The position numbers and the translations under genes are program-made. The notes under the pieces were generated by a model that saw only the letters and a program-made list of their open reading frames with translations, was not told the origin of the DNA and ran no database searches. From assembly GCA_964479555.1 (NCBI GenBank), contig CAYZML010000001.1, forward strand, positions 1 to 34,963: DNA of 34,963 nucleotides, given 5' to 3'. The stretch is from an uncultured Gammaproteobacteria bacterium (GTDB lineage Bacteria; Patescibacteriota; Patescibacteriia; Patescibacteriales; Patescibacteriaceae). Within the stretch, counting starts at the first letter, position 1. Each line of letters opens with the position of its first letter. Below are positions 17,891 to 28,556 of this stretch, one piece after another.

Positions 17891-20800
17891 TTATGATACA
17901 AAGCCCGTGCCAGCCGGAATCGGTCGTCCGATAATAACGTTTTCTTTTAAACCTTCAAGACGATCAACTTTGCCAGTAATAGCAGCATCAATTAAAACTT
18001 TGGCAGTTTCCTGGAATGAAGCGGCCGACAAGAAGCTATTAGTCGTTAATGAAGCTTTGGTCATACCCATCAAAAGCTGGCGACCACTGGCTATTTTTTT
18101 ACCAGCTTCTTGGGCAATCGCATTTTGACGATCAAAGACTGATTTCTCAATAATTTCTCCCACTAAGAAATCTGTTTCACCTGAATCCTGAATATAGACG
18201 CGAGAAAACATCTGACGAGCAATAATTTCAATATGTTTGTCATTTAACGGTTGACCCTGTGAAGAATAAACATATTGAATTTCTTTAACAATATAGCGCT
18301 GAGTTTCAGCTAAACCGCGTAATTCATATAGATGCTGGAGATCAAGACTGCCATCACTTAATTGTTGACCAACTGAAACAGTTTCACCATCCTTAACCCA
18401 AACCGTAAAAGTACGGGGAATAATATATTCTTTAGTTTTTTCAACCGGCGCAAGTACTCGAACATATTTTTCTTCAACTTTAACTACGCCGCCACGACTG
18501 GCCTTAACAGTAATTGTGCCAGCTTTGAATAATGGTGTATCTTTTTTAACAACTTCATCATCTTTAACTAAAATTTCTGGTTTTACTTTTTTCTTCTTAA
18601 CACCTGATTTAGCGGTTTCTTCATCTACCACTAAATTTTTTTCAGCTAAAACCGCTTCGGCATAATAATATTTATCAGTTTCCTCGCCTTCATGACTGAT
18701 TGCGACTAAACGACTATGCTGACCGCCTTCTGAACGAATTTCAGTTATTTTAACTGTACCGGCCACTTCAGCGATAAATGCTTTACGCTTTGGAGAACGA
18801 GCTTCAAAAATTTCTTCAACGCGCGGCAAACCCTGGGTAATGTCATCCTGGTCGGCAACACCACCACTATGGAACGTACGCATTGTGAGCTGGGTACCTG
18901 GTTCACCGATTGACTGGGCGGCAATAATACCAACCGCTGTACCAATTTTTACTAACTTATTATAGGCTAAATCAAAACCATAGCACTTCTGACAAGCGCC
19001 ACGATGAAGCTGACAATGAAGCACTGAACGAACTTCAACTTGCTCAATGTCTTCTTGACTATATGTATCACCATCATCTTCAGTTACAAGCTCACCCGCT
19101 TTAACCAATACCTTGCCTTTAGTGTTTTTTAAATCACTAACTAAGTAGCGACCAACAACCCGACGAATTAATGGTCGACCCATCTCTTCGCTTTCAGCTT
19201 TAGTAATAATAATACCTGAAGTACTTGAACAATCAGGCGCCATAATTACTACATCCTGCGCAACGTCAACTAAACGACGGGTTAAATAACCAGCGTTTGA
19301 AGTTCTTAACGCCGTGTCGGATAAACCTTTACGCACACCATGAGTAGCAATAAAATATTCAAGAACATCAAACCCTTTTTTAAAGTTACCTTTAACCGGC
19401 AATTCAATAATTTTACCTGATGGTGATGTTACTAAACCTTTCATGCCAAGAATCTGTGTTAGCTGTGCCCAGTTACCACGAGCACCTGATTTAATCATTG
19501 AATAGACTGGACCATTCTTATCAAGTGTCTCAGTACATAAAGCTGAAATTTCTTCTTTCACTTTTGTCCATAATTCAATCGTTTTACTATAACGTTCACT
19601 TTCAGTTAAAAGACCTTCATCATAATAATTCATGATTTCTTCTGCCTTAGACTCAGCTTCTGTTACAATTTTTTCAATATTATCTGAACCAGGTAAATCA
19701 CCCATACTCCAAGACAAACCACTTTTAGTAATATAAGCAAAACTAACTTTTTTCATTTCATCAAGTAAGCGAACAGTCATATCTTCACCATGACGACGAT
19801 AACATTCTTTAATTAAATTATTAACCGTACTTTTACCAATAACTTCATTAATATAACGTAAATCTTCTGGTAAAACATCGTTAAAGATAATTCGGCCAAC
19901 AGTTGTTTCAATTACTCCTTTACCTGAAAACAGAACTTTAATCTTTTCCCGTAAAGCAATACCTTTAAGCTGATACGCCGCTTTAGCTTCAAGGGGAGAA
20001 TGGAAATAACGTTTTACCTCTTCCTGCTCATCTCGTAAGCTTGTCATATAAAAGCTACCCCACACAATATCCTGAGCAGGTGCCACAACTGGATCTCCTG
20101 TGGCTGGTTTTAGTAAATTATGTGAAGCCAACATTAAATCACGAGCTTCAGCAATCGCTTCAATCGTTAAAGGGACATGAACAGCCATCTGGTCGCCATC
20201 AAAGTCAGCGTTAAAGGCAGTACAGACTAAGGGATGAATTTGTAAGGCCAAACCTTCAATTAAGATTGGTCTAAAAGCCTGAATACCAAGGCGGTGTAAG
20301 GTCGGGGCGCGGTTGAGTAAAACATAGGCACCCTGAATAATCTCTTCAAGAATATCCCAAACCTCATCATGACCATTTTCAATATAACGAGAAGCACTAC
20401 GAACGTTATGGACAATCTCGCGCTGGATTAATTTTGAAATAATAAATGGCTTAAAGAGTTCAATCGCCATACGCTTTGGCAAACCACATTGATCTAGCCG
20501 CAAATTCGGATTAACAACAATAACGCTACGACCAGAATAATCAATACGTTTTCCAAGTAAGTTTTGACGGAAACGGCCCTGTTTACCTTTTAGAGAATCA
20601 GCCAAAGACTTAAGCATACGCTTCTGGCCAGTTGAGGCGACTACGGTTTTGCCATGACGAATCGAGTTATCAATCAAAGCGTCAACCGCTTCTTGTAACA
20701 TACGTTTTTCGTTGCGACAAATAACTTCTGGAGCGTTTAATTCCAGTAATTGCTTTAAACGATTATTACGATTAATAATACGGCGGTATAAATCATTTAA

Positions 20801-21814
20801 ATCAGAGGTAGCAAAACGACCACCATCCAAAGCGACCATTGGGCGAAGATCAGGTGGAATAACTGGAACAGTTGTCATTACCATCCAAGCTGGATTAACA
20901 TCATTAGTTTTTAAATTCTTAAAAAATTTCAAACGCTTAATCAACTTATCCTTTTTTGATTCTACTGCATCAATTAAAGCTTTTTCCAACTGCTTAATCT
21001 CTTTACCTAAATCAAGTCGTTCAAGTAATGAGCGAATAGCTTCAGCCCCGATCCCAGCACTAAAAATATGACCATATTTCAAACTCAAATTCTGATAAAT
21101 ATTTTCGGAAATAATTGTTAAAGGCTTTAAATCTTTTAATTCTTTCTGTGCTTGACTAAAAGCCGCTTCAAGGCTCAATAATTTTTCATCATGAATTTTT
21201 TGTAAACTTTCAATTTTTTGTTCAGCAACATCATTAGCTTCAAGTTGACTTTTGCCTTCTTTGGTTAATTTAATTTTTTGTGACTTGGCTTGTCCGGCCT
21301 GGGCAGAAAAATCAGAATCTAAAGCTTTTTTCTTAGCCTTATATTCTTGTTTAATTTGATCAAGGGTTGCTTGCTTTAACTCTTCATTAACATCAGTGAT
21401 AATAAAACTTGCAAAGTAAACAACTTTTTCCAGTGCCTGCATTGATAAATCAAGGGCTAAACCAACTTTTGAGGATAAACCGCGTAAAAACCAAATATGA
21501 GTCACTGGGGTTTCAAGTTTAATATGACCCATGCGCTCACGACGAACTAAACTACGGGTTACTTCAACACCGCATTTATCACAAATAATACCCTTGTAGC
21601 GAATTTTTTTATATTTTCCACAGTAGCATTCCCAGTCTTTTGACGGACCGAAAATACGTTCACAAAATAAACCGTCTTTTTCTGGTTTCTGAGTACGATA
21701 ATTAATAGTCTCGGGACGAGTTACTTCGCCATGAGACCAATCAAGTATATTTTCCGGTGAAGCTAGCTTAAGTTTAACCGCTTCAAAATCATTACTTTTA
21801 ATAGGTGTTAACAT
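17891..21814 (-). CDS. rpoC: RNA polymerase beta' subunit
   Basis: NADFDGDQMAVH, CYCGKYK...CDKCGVE, GEPGTQLTMRTFH, LKENVIIG. Confidence 0.99.
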   Translation of the reverse strand: MLTPIKSNDFEAVKLKLASPENILDWSHGEVTRPETINYRTQKPEKDGLFCERIFGPSKDWECYCGKYKKIRYKGIICDKCGVEVTRSLVRRERMGHIKLETPVTHIWFLRGLSSKVGLALDLSMQALEKVVYFASFIITDVNEELKQATLDQIKQEYKAKKKALDSDFSAQAGQAKSQKIKLTKEGKSQLEANDVAEQKIESLQKIHDEKLLSLEAAFSQAQKELKDLKPLTIISENIYQNLSLKYGHIFSAGIGAEAIRSLLERLDLGKEIKQLEKALIDAVESKKDKLIKRLKFFKNLKTNDVNPAWMVMTTVPVIPPDLRPMVALDGGRFATSDLNDLYRRIINRNNRLKQLLELNAPEVICRNEKRMLQEAVDALIDNSIRHGKTVVASTGQKRMLKSLADSLKGKQGRFRQNLLGKRIDYSGRSVIVVNPNLRLDQCGLPKRMAIELFKPFIISKLIQREIVHNVRSASRYIENGHDEVWDILEEIIQGAYVLLNRAPTLHRLGIQAFRPILIEGLALQIHPLVCTAFNADFDGDQMAVHVPLTIEAIAEARDLMLASHNLLKPATGDPVVAPAQDIVWGSFYMTSLRDEQEEVKRYFHSPLEAKAAYQLKGIALREKIKVLFSGKGVIETTVGRIIFNDVLPEDLRYINEVIGKSTVNNLIKECYRRHGEDMTVRLLDEMKKVSFAYITKSGLSWSMGDLPGSDNIEKIVTEAESKAEEIMNYYDEGLLTESERYSKTIELWTKVKEEISALCTETLDKNGPVYSMIKSGARGNWAQLTQILGMKGLVTSPSGKIIELPVKGNFKKGFDVLEYFIATHGVRKGLSDTALRTSNAGYLTRRLVDVAQDVVIMAPDCSSTSGIIITKAESEEMGRPLIRRVVGRYLVSDLKNTKGKVLVKAGELVTEDDGDTYSQEDIEQVEVRSVLHCQLHRGACQKCYGFDLAYNKLVKIGTAVGIIAAQSIGEPGTQLTMRTFHSGGVADQDDITQGLPRVEEIFEARSPKRKAFIAEVAGTVKITEIRSEGGQHSRLVAISHEGEETDKYYYAEAVLAEKNLVVDEETAKSGVKKKKVKPEILVKDDEVVKKDTPLFKAGTITVKASRGGVVKVEEKYVRVLAPVEKTKEYIIPRTFTVWVKDGETVSVGQQLSDGSLDLQHLYELRGLAETQRYIVKEIQYVYSSQGQPLNDKHIEIIARQMFSRVYIQDSGETDFLVGEIIEKSVFDRQNAIAQEAGKKIASGRQLLMGMTKASLTTNSFLSAASFQETAKVLIDAAITGKVDRLEGLKENVIIGRPIPAGTGFVS

Positions 21815-21825
21815 ATGGATAAAAT

Positions 21826-24800
21826 TTAAACGGTTTCAGTTTCCTCAGCCAACGGTTGAGGTGGGATATACGGACGAGGGGCTTCAAACTCTTCTGTACC
21901 TTTTTCAAAAGCAATCGGACGGTTATCTTTATCAAGTAATTCAACATCAAGACCAAGTCCCTTTAATTCTCGGACTAAAACGTTAAATGATTCAGGAACA
22001 TTTAATTTTTTAATTACTTCACCTTTAATAATTGATTCATAAGCTTTTGAGCGGCCAGTTACATCATCAGATTTAATGGTTAAAATTTCCTGGAGACTGT
22101 GTGCTGCGCCATAGGCTTCAAGCGCCCAAACTTCCATTTCACCAAAACGCTGACCACCAAATTGAGCTTTACCGCCCAAAGGCTGTTGCGTAATTAAAGA
22201 GTAAGGACCGATTGAACGTTGGTGAATTTTATCTTCTACCATGTGATTCAATTTCAACATATATTTATAACCAACGCTGACTTTATTATCAAAACGATCA
22301 CCACTTTTACCATCATATAAACCAACTTTACCATCAATTGGTAAACCGGCTTTAACCAACTGTTCACGAATAACATCATCAGAAATACCGTTTAGCGGCG
22401 GTGTTGCGACGGTGTAATGTAATTTATGTGCCGCAAAACCTAAGTGAGTTTCTAAAAGCTGACCAAGATTCATACGAGAAACAACCCCTAAAGGAGAAAG
22501 AATAATATCAATTGGCGTTCCATCTTCAAGATACGGCATATCTTCGCGCGGAACAATTTTTGAAACAACACCTTTGTTACCGTGGCGACCAGCCATTTTA
22601 TCACCAGCGCGAATTTTACGAAGGTTAGCTACAGTTACCTGAATTGACTGAATAACACCAGCCGATAGTTTATCTCCCTGTTCACGAGAAAAAATCTTTA
22701 CATCAACGACTTTACCGTGTTCACCATGTTCAAGGTAGAGTGAGGAATCACGTACGTCCTTTGCTTTATCACCAAAAATGGCGCGCAATAATTTTTCTTC
22801 CGCCGATAACTCAGTTTCACCTTTTGGCGTAATTTTACCAACTAAAATATCGCCGCTAGAAACTTCGGCGCCAACACGGATAATCCCCCGTTCATCAAGG
22901 TTACTTAATTTCTCTTCGGCAATATTAGGGATGTCATTAGTAACAACTTCCGGACCAAGTTTAGTATCACGAACATCAATTGTATAATGCTCAATATGGA
23001 TTGAAGAATATAAATCTTCTTTTACTAAGCGTTCGGAAATAATAACAGCGTCTTCATAGTTAAAACCTTCCCAGGTCATAAAAGCCACTAAAACATTATT
23101 ACCCAAAGCAAGTTCGCCACGATCAATGGCTGAAGCGTCGGTAATAATCTGGCCTTTTTTAACCTGATCACCACGATTTACAATCGGACGTTGATTAATA
23201 CAGGTTGAAGCATTAGAACGTAAAAATTTACTTAAGGTATATGTATAATCTTTACCTTTTTTATCACGCACTACAATCCGAGCACCATCAGCATGAATAA
23301 CCTCACCATCAGCTTCAGCTAAAATAACATGACCAGAGTCAGCCGCCGCGCGACCTTCAACTCCTGTACCAACGATCGGGGCCTTAGCGGCGATTAATGG
23401 TACGGCCTGACGTTGCATGTTTGTACCCATCAAGGCACGAATACCATCATCATGTTCAAGAAATGGAATTAAGGAAGTTGCGACCGAAACAATCTGGTTA
23501 GCGGCCACACCAACCAAATCAATCTTTTGCGTATCTTCAATGGCTGGTTCACCATATTTTCTTACTTCGGCTTTGTCTTTAAGAAAATAACCATTCTCAT
23601 CAATTGGAGTTGTAAAAGCAGTAGAAATATATTTTTCTTCCTCAAAAGCATCGAGATAAACAATTTCGTCAGTAACCCGGCTTTTACCGCTTTTATCTTT
23701 TATAACCTTACGGTATGGAGCTTCAATAAAACCATAGTTATTTAAACGCGCATAGCTGGCAAAGTGACCAACCAAACCAATGTTTGGACCTTCTGGAGTA
23801 GCAATCGGACAGATACGGCTATAGTGAGTTGTGTGTACGTCACGAACTTCAAAACCAGCTCGTTCGCGCGTTAAACCACCTGGGCCCATAGCTGATAATC
23901 GTCGCTTGTGTTCAAGCTCAGCTAAAGGGTTGGTTTGATCCATGAACTGTGAAAGCTGTGAAGACATAAAAAATTCTTTCACAACACTCATCACCGGTCG
24001 GGCATTAACAAGTTTGTTTGGACTTAAAGCCTCAATTTCCATGATACTCATCTTGTCTTTAATAATACGCTCCATACGAGCCAAACCAATTCTAGTTTTA
24101 TTCTGGATTAGCTCACCAATCGCACGAACGCGACGGTTGCCGAGGTGATCAATATCGTCGGCTTTTTCCTGAGTAATATTCAAACGAATAATTTCGGAAA
24201 TAATCGCCACTAAATCTTCTCGACGTAAAATACGGGTTGACTTGTTGTTAGGAATATCAAAACCAAAACGCTTATTTAACTTATAGCGACCGACACGATC
24301 AAAGTCATAACGGTCAAAACGGAAAAACATTGAATGAATCAACTGTTTAGCGTTATCAGCTGTGGCAAGATCACCCGGGCGAATACGCTTATATACTTCT
24401 ATTAAACCTTCGGCTTCATCAGTGGCAGTGTCCTTACCGAGCGTCGCATCAATATAACTAATTTCACCCTGATCAACCTCTTTAAATAATTCACGAATTT
24501 CAACATCAGTACTAAAACCAAACGCGCGCAGTAACGAAGTTACAGCGACTTTACGCTTACGATCAATCCTCGCCCAGATAACACCGGCTGAATCAGTTTC
24601 AAGTTCGATCCAAGCACCGCGGTTAGGAATAATTTTTGCGCCATAATAATGACGACCACGAATTTGTTCTGAAGAAAAGATAACACCGGCTGAACGAATT
24701 AACTGCGAAACAATAGCTCGTTCAATACCGTTAATAATAAAAGTACCATTCTTAGTCATTAACGGAAAATCACCTAAAAATACTTCTTGAGTTAATTTTG

Positions 24801-25116
24801 CATCGGTCTTTTTATTAAGCAGTGATACTTCAACGCGCAAAGATGCTTCGTACGTAATATTTTTTGCTTTGCTTTCTGTTTCATTAAATTTAGCTTCATC
24901 AAAATAATATTTACCAAAATGCAATTCTAAATCACGACCAATAAAATCAGTAATCGGAGAAATCTCATCAAACAAATCAGCTAAGCCTTCTCTTAGAAAC
25001 CAGGCATATGAGTCTTTTTGAACCTCAATCAAATCTGGCATTGGGATCACCGCATTCTGAGCGGTAAAATAAGTTCGCGGTGAAAATACACGCGTAGCGG
25101 AGGTAGTTTTAGACAT
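21826..25116 (-). CDS. rpoB: RNA polymerase beta subunit (compact, 1096 aa)
   Basis: SQFMDQTNPLAELEHKRRLS, TPEGPNIG, GDKMAGRHGNKG, GGQRFGEMEVWALEAY. Confidence 0.99.
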   Translation of the reverse strand: MSKTTSATRVFSPRTYFTAQNAVIPMPDLIEVQKDSYAWFLREGLADLFDEISPITDFIGRDLELHFGKYYFDEAKFNETESKAKNITYEASLRVEVSLLNKKTDAKLTQEVFLGDFPLMTKNGTFIINGIERAIVSQLIRSAGVIFSSEQIRGRHYYGAKIIPNRGAWIELETDSAGVIWARIDRKRKVAVTSLLRAFGFSTDVEIRELFKEVDQGEISYIDATLGKDTATDEAEGLIEVYKRIRPGDLATADNAKQLIHSMFFRFDRYDFDRVGRYKLNKRFGFDIPNNKSTRILRREDLVAIISEIIRLNITQEKADDIDHLGNRRVRAIGELIQNKTRIGLARMERIIKDKMSIMEIEALSPNKLVNARPVMSVVKEFFMSSQLSQFMDQTNPLAELEHKRRLSAMGPGGLTRERAGFEVRDVHTTHYSRICPIATPEGPNIGLVGHFASYARLNNYGFIEAPYRKVIKDKSGKSRVTDEIVYLDAFEEEKYISTAFTTPIDENGYFLKDKAEVRKYGEPAIEDTQKIDLVGVAANQIVSVATSLIPFLEHDDGIRALMGTNMQRQAVPLIAAKAPIVGTGVEGRAAADSGHVILAEADGEVIHADGARIVVRDKKGKDYTYTLSKFLRSNASTCINQRPIVNRGDQVKKGQIITDASAIDRGELALGNNVLVAFMTWEGFNYEDAVIISERLVKEDLYSSIHIEHYTIDVRDTKLGPEVVTNDIPNIAEEKLSNLDERGIIRVGAEVSSGDILVGKITPKGETELSAEEKLLRAIFGDKAKDVRDSSLYLEHGEHGKVVDVKIFSREQGDKLSAGVIQSIQVTVANLRKIRAGDKMAGRHGNKGVVSKIVPREDMPYLEDGTPIDIILSPLGVVSRMNLGQLLETHLGFAAHKLHYTVATPPLNGISDDVIREQLVKAGLPIDGKVGLYDGKSGDRFDNKVSVGYKYMLKLNHMVEDKIHQRSIGPYSLITQQPLGGKAQFGGQRFGEMEVWALEAYGAAHSLQEILTIKSDDVTGRSKAYESIIKGEVIKKLNVPESFNVLVRELKGLGLDVELLDKDNRPIAFEKGTEEFEAPRPYIPPQPLAEETETV

Positions 25117-25330
25117 AAGAAATAATGAGTATAAGATTTTAAAAAAATAATAAGTTGTGATTAAGGACTAGGATCACTTCTTTTGTTTTTTACTAGTACT
25201 GTTATTTTTTTAGCTGATACAATAAAAATCTCAACTCTAGCTACTATTGAGATTATGTCTGCTTACATTAATTTGTCAGAAGGGTCAGAGCCGGCGTATG
25301 CGTAAAAATAAATTTCTAAAATTAACGTTT

Positions 25331-25399
25331 AAAAACAAAAAAACGGCCTATCGTATAGAAATTCAGTACTGGTTAAACTGAAAACTGCTGGTATGGCCG
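25331..25399 (-). promoter_or_regulatory. Attenuator-like hairpin plus U-tract in the rpoB leader
   Basis: CGGCC...TTCAGT-loop-ACTGAA...GGCCG followed by TTTTTTTGTTTTT on the minus strand. Confidence 0.4.
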
Positions 25400-25459
25400 A
25401 AACAAGGTTCGTATAAATATAAAAAATGTATAAATAGTGGTTAGCTAAATAGCTATTTT

Positions 25460-25488
25460 AGATTAACAACTCTTATTAAAAATGTCAA
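25460..25488 (-). promoter_or_regulatory. Sigma70 promoter for rpoBC
   Basis: TTGACA-17 bp-TAATCT with TG extension. Confidence 0.6.
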
Positions 25489-25589
25489 CAGTTTTAAAAT
25501 CTAAAATTTAAAATTGTCAAGAGAATAAAATTTTATTTAATATTAGCTATTTTATAGTTTATTACCTAAAAAGAAGCCTATTATATTCC

Positions 25590-27008
25590 CTACTTATCCA
25601 CAGACTTATAACCTAAAATCTCTAATTCCTCTTGGCAAACCTTTCGATCATCCCAGGCCTCCTTCATACCACGCGCTCGACAGATTGCCTGCTCACTACC
25701 TTTACCAGTAATAAGTACAATATCGCCTTCGGTTGCCAGGGCCAATGCCTTATGAATTGCTTCGCGCCGATTAAGGATGGAAAATAAATTTTCATTAAGA
25801 CGTTTAGTAGTTTTTTCTGCGCCAGCCACAACTTCAGCAATGATTTGCAATGGATCTTCATCATATGGATCTTCATCAGTAACAATCATATAGTCAGAAA
25901 AACGACCCGCAATTTGTCCAAGAATCGGGCGACGAGCTTTATCACGTCCGCCACCAGCCGAACCAAGCACATGAATAATTCGATTATGTGGCAATGAGGC
26001 CATTGCCTCATATAATTTATTAACCGCCTGAGGTTCAAAAGCATAATCAACAATAACAGTGAATGGCTGTCCGGCTATAATTCGCTCAAGACGACCCGGA
26101 ACACTTTGAATGTTTTCTATACCAACCGCCAAACGACGTAAGGGTAAATTCTGTACCAAGCCAGTACTAAACGCCGCTAAAATATTTTGACGATTAAAAT
26201 CACCTAACATATTAACAGCCACGGTGCCGTCTTTAAATTCTAACGTCGACTGCCCATTAGCTTTTATGGCATTAACAATAATTTCTTTAACATCTTCATT
26301 AAACACCGGCTTTGGTTTGCCGACTTCAACTAATCGATATATCCATTTTTCCTCAGCCCAAAAATCAAGAAAATAATTAGCATGTTCATCATTACCATTG
26401 ACAACAATAGTTTTTTTAATTCGCCGTAATTCAGTTTTTTGTAAACCACTTGCTGAAGAGTGGACGACTGACTGTTCATCACAGTACTTAGTCTTACAAT
26501 TTTTTAAATGAGCAAACAGCATACCCTTAGCTTCTTTGTAATGAGCAAAACTACCATGAGCTTCGATATGTTCTGGGTATAAACAGGTTAATAAAACAAT
26601 ATCATAATTAATAAAACGATGGCGATACTGAATAATGCCCTCAGAAGAAGTTTCAATTACCGCATACTGACAGCCGTTATTAATCATCTGCCGCAACATC
26701 TTATGAGTAAAAAAACGACCAACCATCGTCATTTTTTTATTGTTTAACCATTCTGTTTTTCCATCGCCAAACATCGCCGTTGATGTATAACCAACTTTAA
26801 AACCAGCTCCCTGTAACATCTTAGCAATTAAATATGTCGTGGTGGTTTTGCCAGTTGTACCAGTAACGCCAATAATAATTAATTTTTCACTCGGCCAGCG
26901 ATACACAATATTAGCCGCCGCACCAAGTAAGAAATGGTAGAGGGGCCAAAGAAGGCTAAAAATTTTTTTTGGTATAAATCGCTTAATCGTTAAAAGAATC
27001 TTATCCAT
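25590..27008 (-). CDS. murE: Mur ligase, MurE-like UDP-MurNAc-tripeptide synthetase
   Basis: GVTGTTGKTTT, ETSSEG, PEHIEAHG, VPGRLE, VDYA, GGGRDKARRP, GKGSE. Confidence 0.88.
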   Translation of the reverse strand: MDKILLTIKRFIPKKIFSLLWPLYHFLLGAAANIVYRWPSEKLIIIGVTGTTGKTTTTYLIAKMLQGAGFKVGYTSTAMFGDGKTEWLNNKKMTMVGRFFTHKMLRQMINNGCQYAVIETSSEGIIQYRHRFINYDIVLLTCLYPEHIEAHGSFAHYKEAKGMLFAHLKNCKTKYCDEQSVVHSSASGLQKTELRRIKKTIVVNGNDEHANYFLDFWAEEKWIYRLVEVGKPKPVFNEDVKEIIVNAIKANGQSTLEFKDGTVAVNMLGDFNRQNILAAFSTGLVQNLPLRRLAVGIENIQSVPGRLERIIAGQPFTVIVDYAFEPQAVNKLYEAMASLPHNRIIHVLGSAGGGRDKARRPILGQIAGRFSDYMIVTDEDPYDEDPLQIIAEVVAGAEKTTKRLNENLFSILNRREAIHKALALATEGDIVLITGKGSEQAICRARGMKEAWDDRKVCQEELEILGYKSVDK

Positions 27009-27978
27009 AAAAAGAAAAAAGGCGTCGCAAACGTCGAAATACAGTATAGCCTCTATAGGCTAGTGGAGCAAGTGGCGCATCATACGTCCCAGAAAAATGA
27101 ACAACCAGACCCCCAAAACCTTTTTTAAAACGCGTTACACCCGGCCATTTTTTTTCATCAATCCCCTGCCAGTCATACCAGGCATAACCAGCGGCCCGAC
27201 TACGTTTAATAATTTCCCAGTGGAGTAAGTAAGGTGCCATAACATCGCGAAACTCTGAGGCCGAAGCCCCATGAACATAGGTTACTGTATCGCCGTGATA
27301 GGCTATAAGGCTACCGGCGAGCATAGTAGTATTATGCCACACACTGGCAAGCGTAACCGCACCAGATTTAATTAACGTACGATAATAGTCACGCTGATGC
27401 GTACGAAAATTATCACGGGTTTTTGTTTCTTCCAGCAAGTTTAAAAAAGTTTCGGCATCATTTGGATCAATTTTAAAAGTTAAAGATTTTTTTTCCGCCA
27501 AACGAATATTATAGCGAGTTTTTTGATGCATTTCGGCTAGTATTTTCTCTTCACTGTTTTTTAATGATAGTAATAATGTCAGTGATGGTTGAACATCATG
27601 GGTTTTTATAAAACCGAGTCCGGTAATTTCACCAATCGGTTCAAAGCGAATAAAAAGAGCCTTGGGATCAAAACTACGAATAGCCATTCCAATTTCTTTT
27701 GCTATTCTCTGCAAGGTATCATCGCTGTCTACTAACGGCGCACGTGGTATATACCAATAAGAAAAACCGAGTGGTAGACTATGGCGAATCATTAGATATA
27801 CTTCGGAATTTTTATCTTCTTTATGAGAACGAGCAAGGAGAGCAACTCGTGCGCCACGCTGTTTTTGAAATCGCGCCCAAGCGCTTGATTGTAAAAATTG
27901 GGCATGAGGTCGCGTACTGCTTGAAGTATCAAGCAATAAAAGATTTTCTTCATTATACGTAATAATATGAAACGACAT
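27001..27978 (-). CDS. FemABX-family lipid II peptidyltransferase (start may be 27999)
   Basis: FLQSSAWARF, YIPRAP, MHQKTRYNIRLAEKK, YVHGAS, PYLLHWEII, GVTRFKKGFGG. Confidence 0.9.
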   Translation of the reverse strand: MSFHIITYNEENLLLLDTSSSTRPHAQFLQSSAWARFQKQRGARVALLARSHKEDKNSEVYLMIRHSLPLGFSYWYIPRAPLVDSDDTLQRIAKEIGMAIRSFDPKALFIRFEPIGEITGLGFIKTHDVQPSLTLLLSLKNSEEKILAEMHQKTRYNIRLAEKKSLTFKIDPNDAETFLNLLEETKTRDNFRTHQRDYYRTLIKSGAVTLASVWHNTTMLAGSLIAYHGDTVTYVHGASASEFRDVMAPYLLHWEIIKRSRAAGYAWYDWQGIDEKKWPGVTRFKKGFGGLVVHFSGTYDAPLAPLAYRGYTVFRRLRRLFSFYG

Positions 27979-27989
27979 GTAAACTAAAA

Positions 27990-28538
27990 TTACATCCATT
28001 GCAAAGCTTGCTTGATCCGTTCGGCGCTGTTAGTCACACTTGAATCAATTTTTTGTAACGCTTCACGCGCTTGAGCCGCAGAATAACCTAAACTCACCAA
28101 AGCTTCAATCTCTTCACTATGGCTTGAGGTTGTAAGTAGCTGATCAATTTTTCCACGTAACTCAAGAATAATACGCTGAGCCGTCCGACCACCAATACCA
28201 GAAACTTTTGTTAACATTCCGTCATCACCTTGAATAATTGCCTGTTGTAAAGCTTCGGTGGGAGCTAAACTTAAAATTGCAAGGGCTGACTTTGGACCAA
28301 CCCCGGAAACAGAGATTAATTTCTCAAATAAACCAAGTTCGTCCGACTGCTTAAAGCCATATAAATCATTACTATCTTCTCTAATGTGCTGATAAAGAAA
28401 TAATTCAATCGTCTCGCCTTTTTTAATCTCAGTTAGACATGTTTTTGTAATAGCAACACGATAGCCAACATCATGAACATCAACAATAATATAATCTTCG
28501 GTTTTTAACAAAATCATTCCCCGAATAAATGATAACAT
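27990..28538 (-). CDS. ruvA: Holliday junction branch-migration protein RuvA
   Basis: VGYRV, HIRED...LYGF, LISVSGVGPKSAL, VSGIG.RTAQRIILEL, ALVSLGY. Confidence 0.96.
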   Translation of the reverse strand: MLSFIRGMILLKTEDYIIVDVHDVGYRVAITKTCLTEIKKGETIELFLYQHIREDSNDLYGFKQSDELGLFEKLISVSGVGPKSALAILSLAPTEALQQAIIQGDDGMLTKVSGIGGRTAQRIILELRGKIDQLLTTSSHSEEIEALVSLGYSAAQAREALQKIDSSVTNSAERIKQALQWM

Positions 28539-28556
28539 AAACTAGATTCTTAATAT

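Noticed and set aside
25117-25589. tRNA, SRP, tmRNA or other known ncRNA in the long intergenic region
   Set aside because: No cloverleaf/TTCGA arm or SRP GGAA-loop signature recognised; kept only as a candidate leader.
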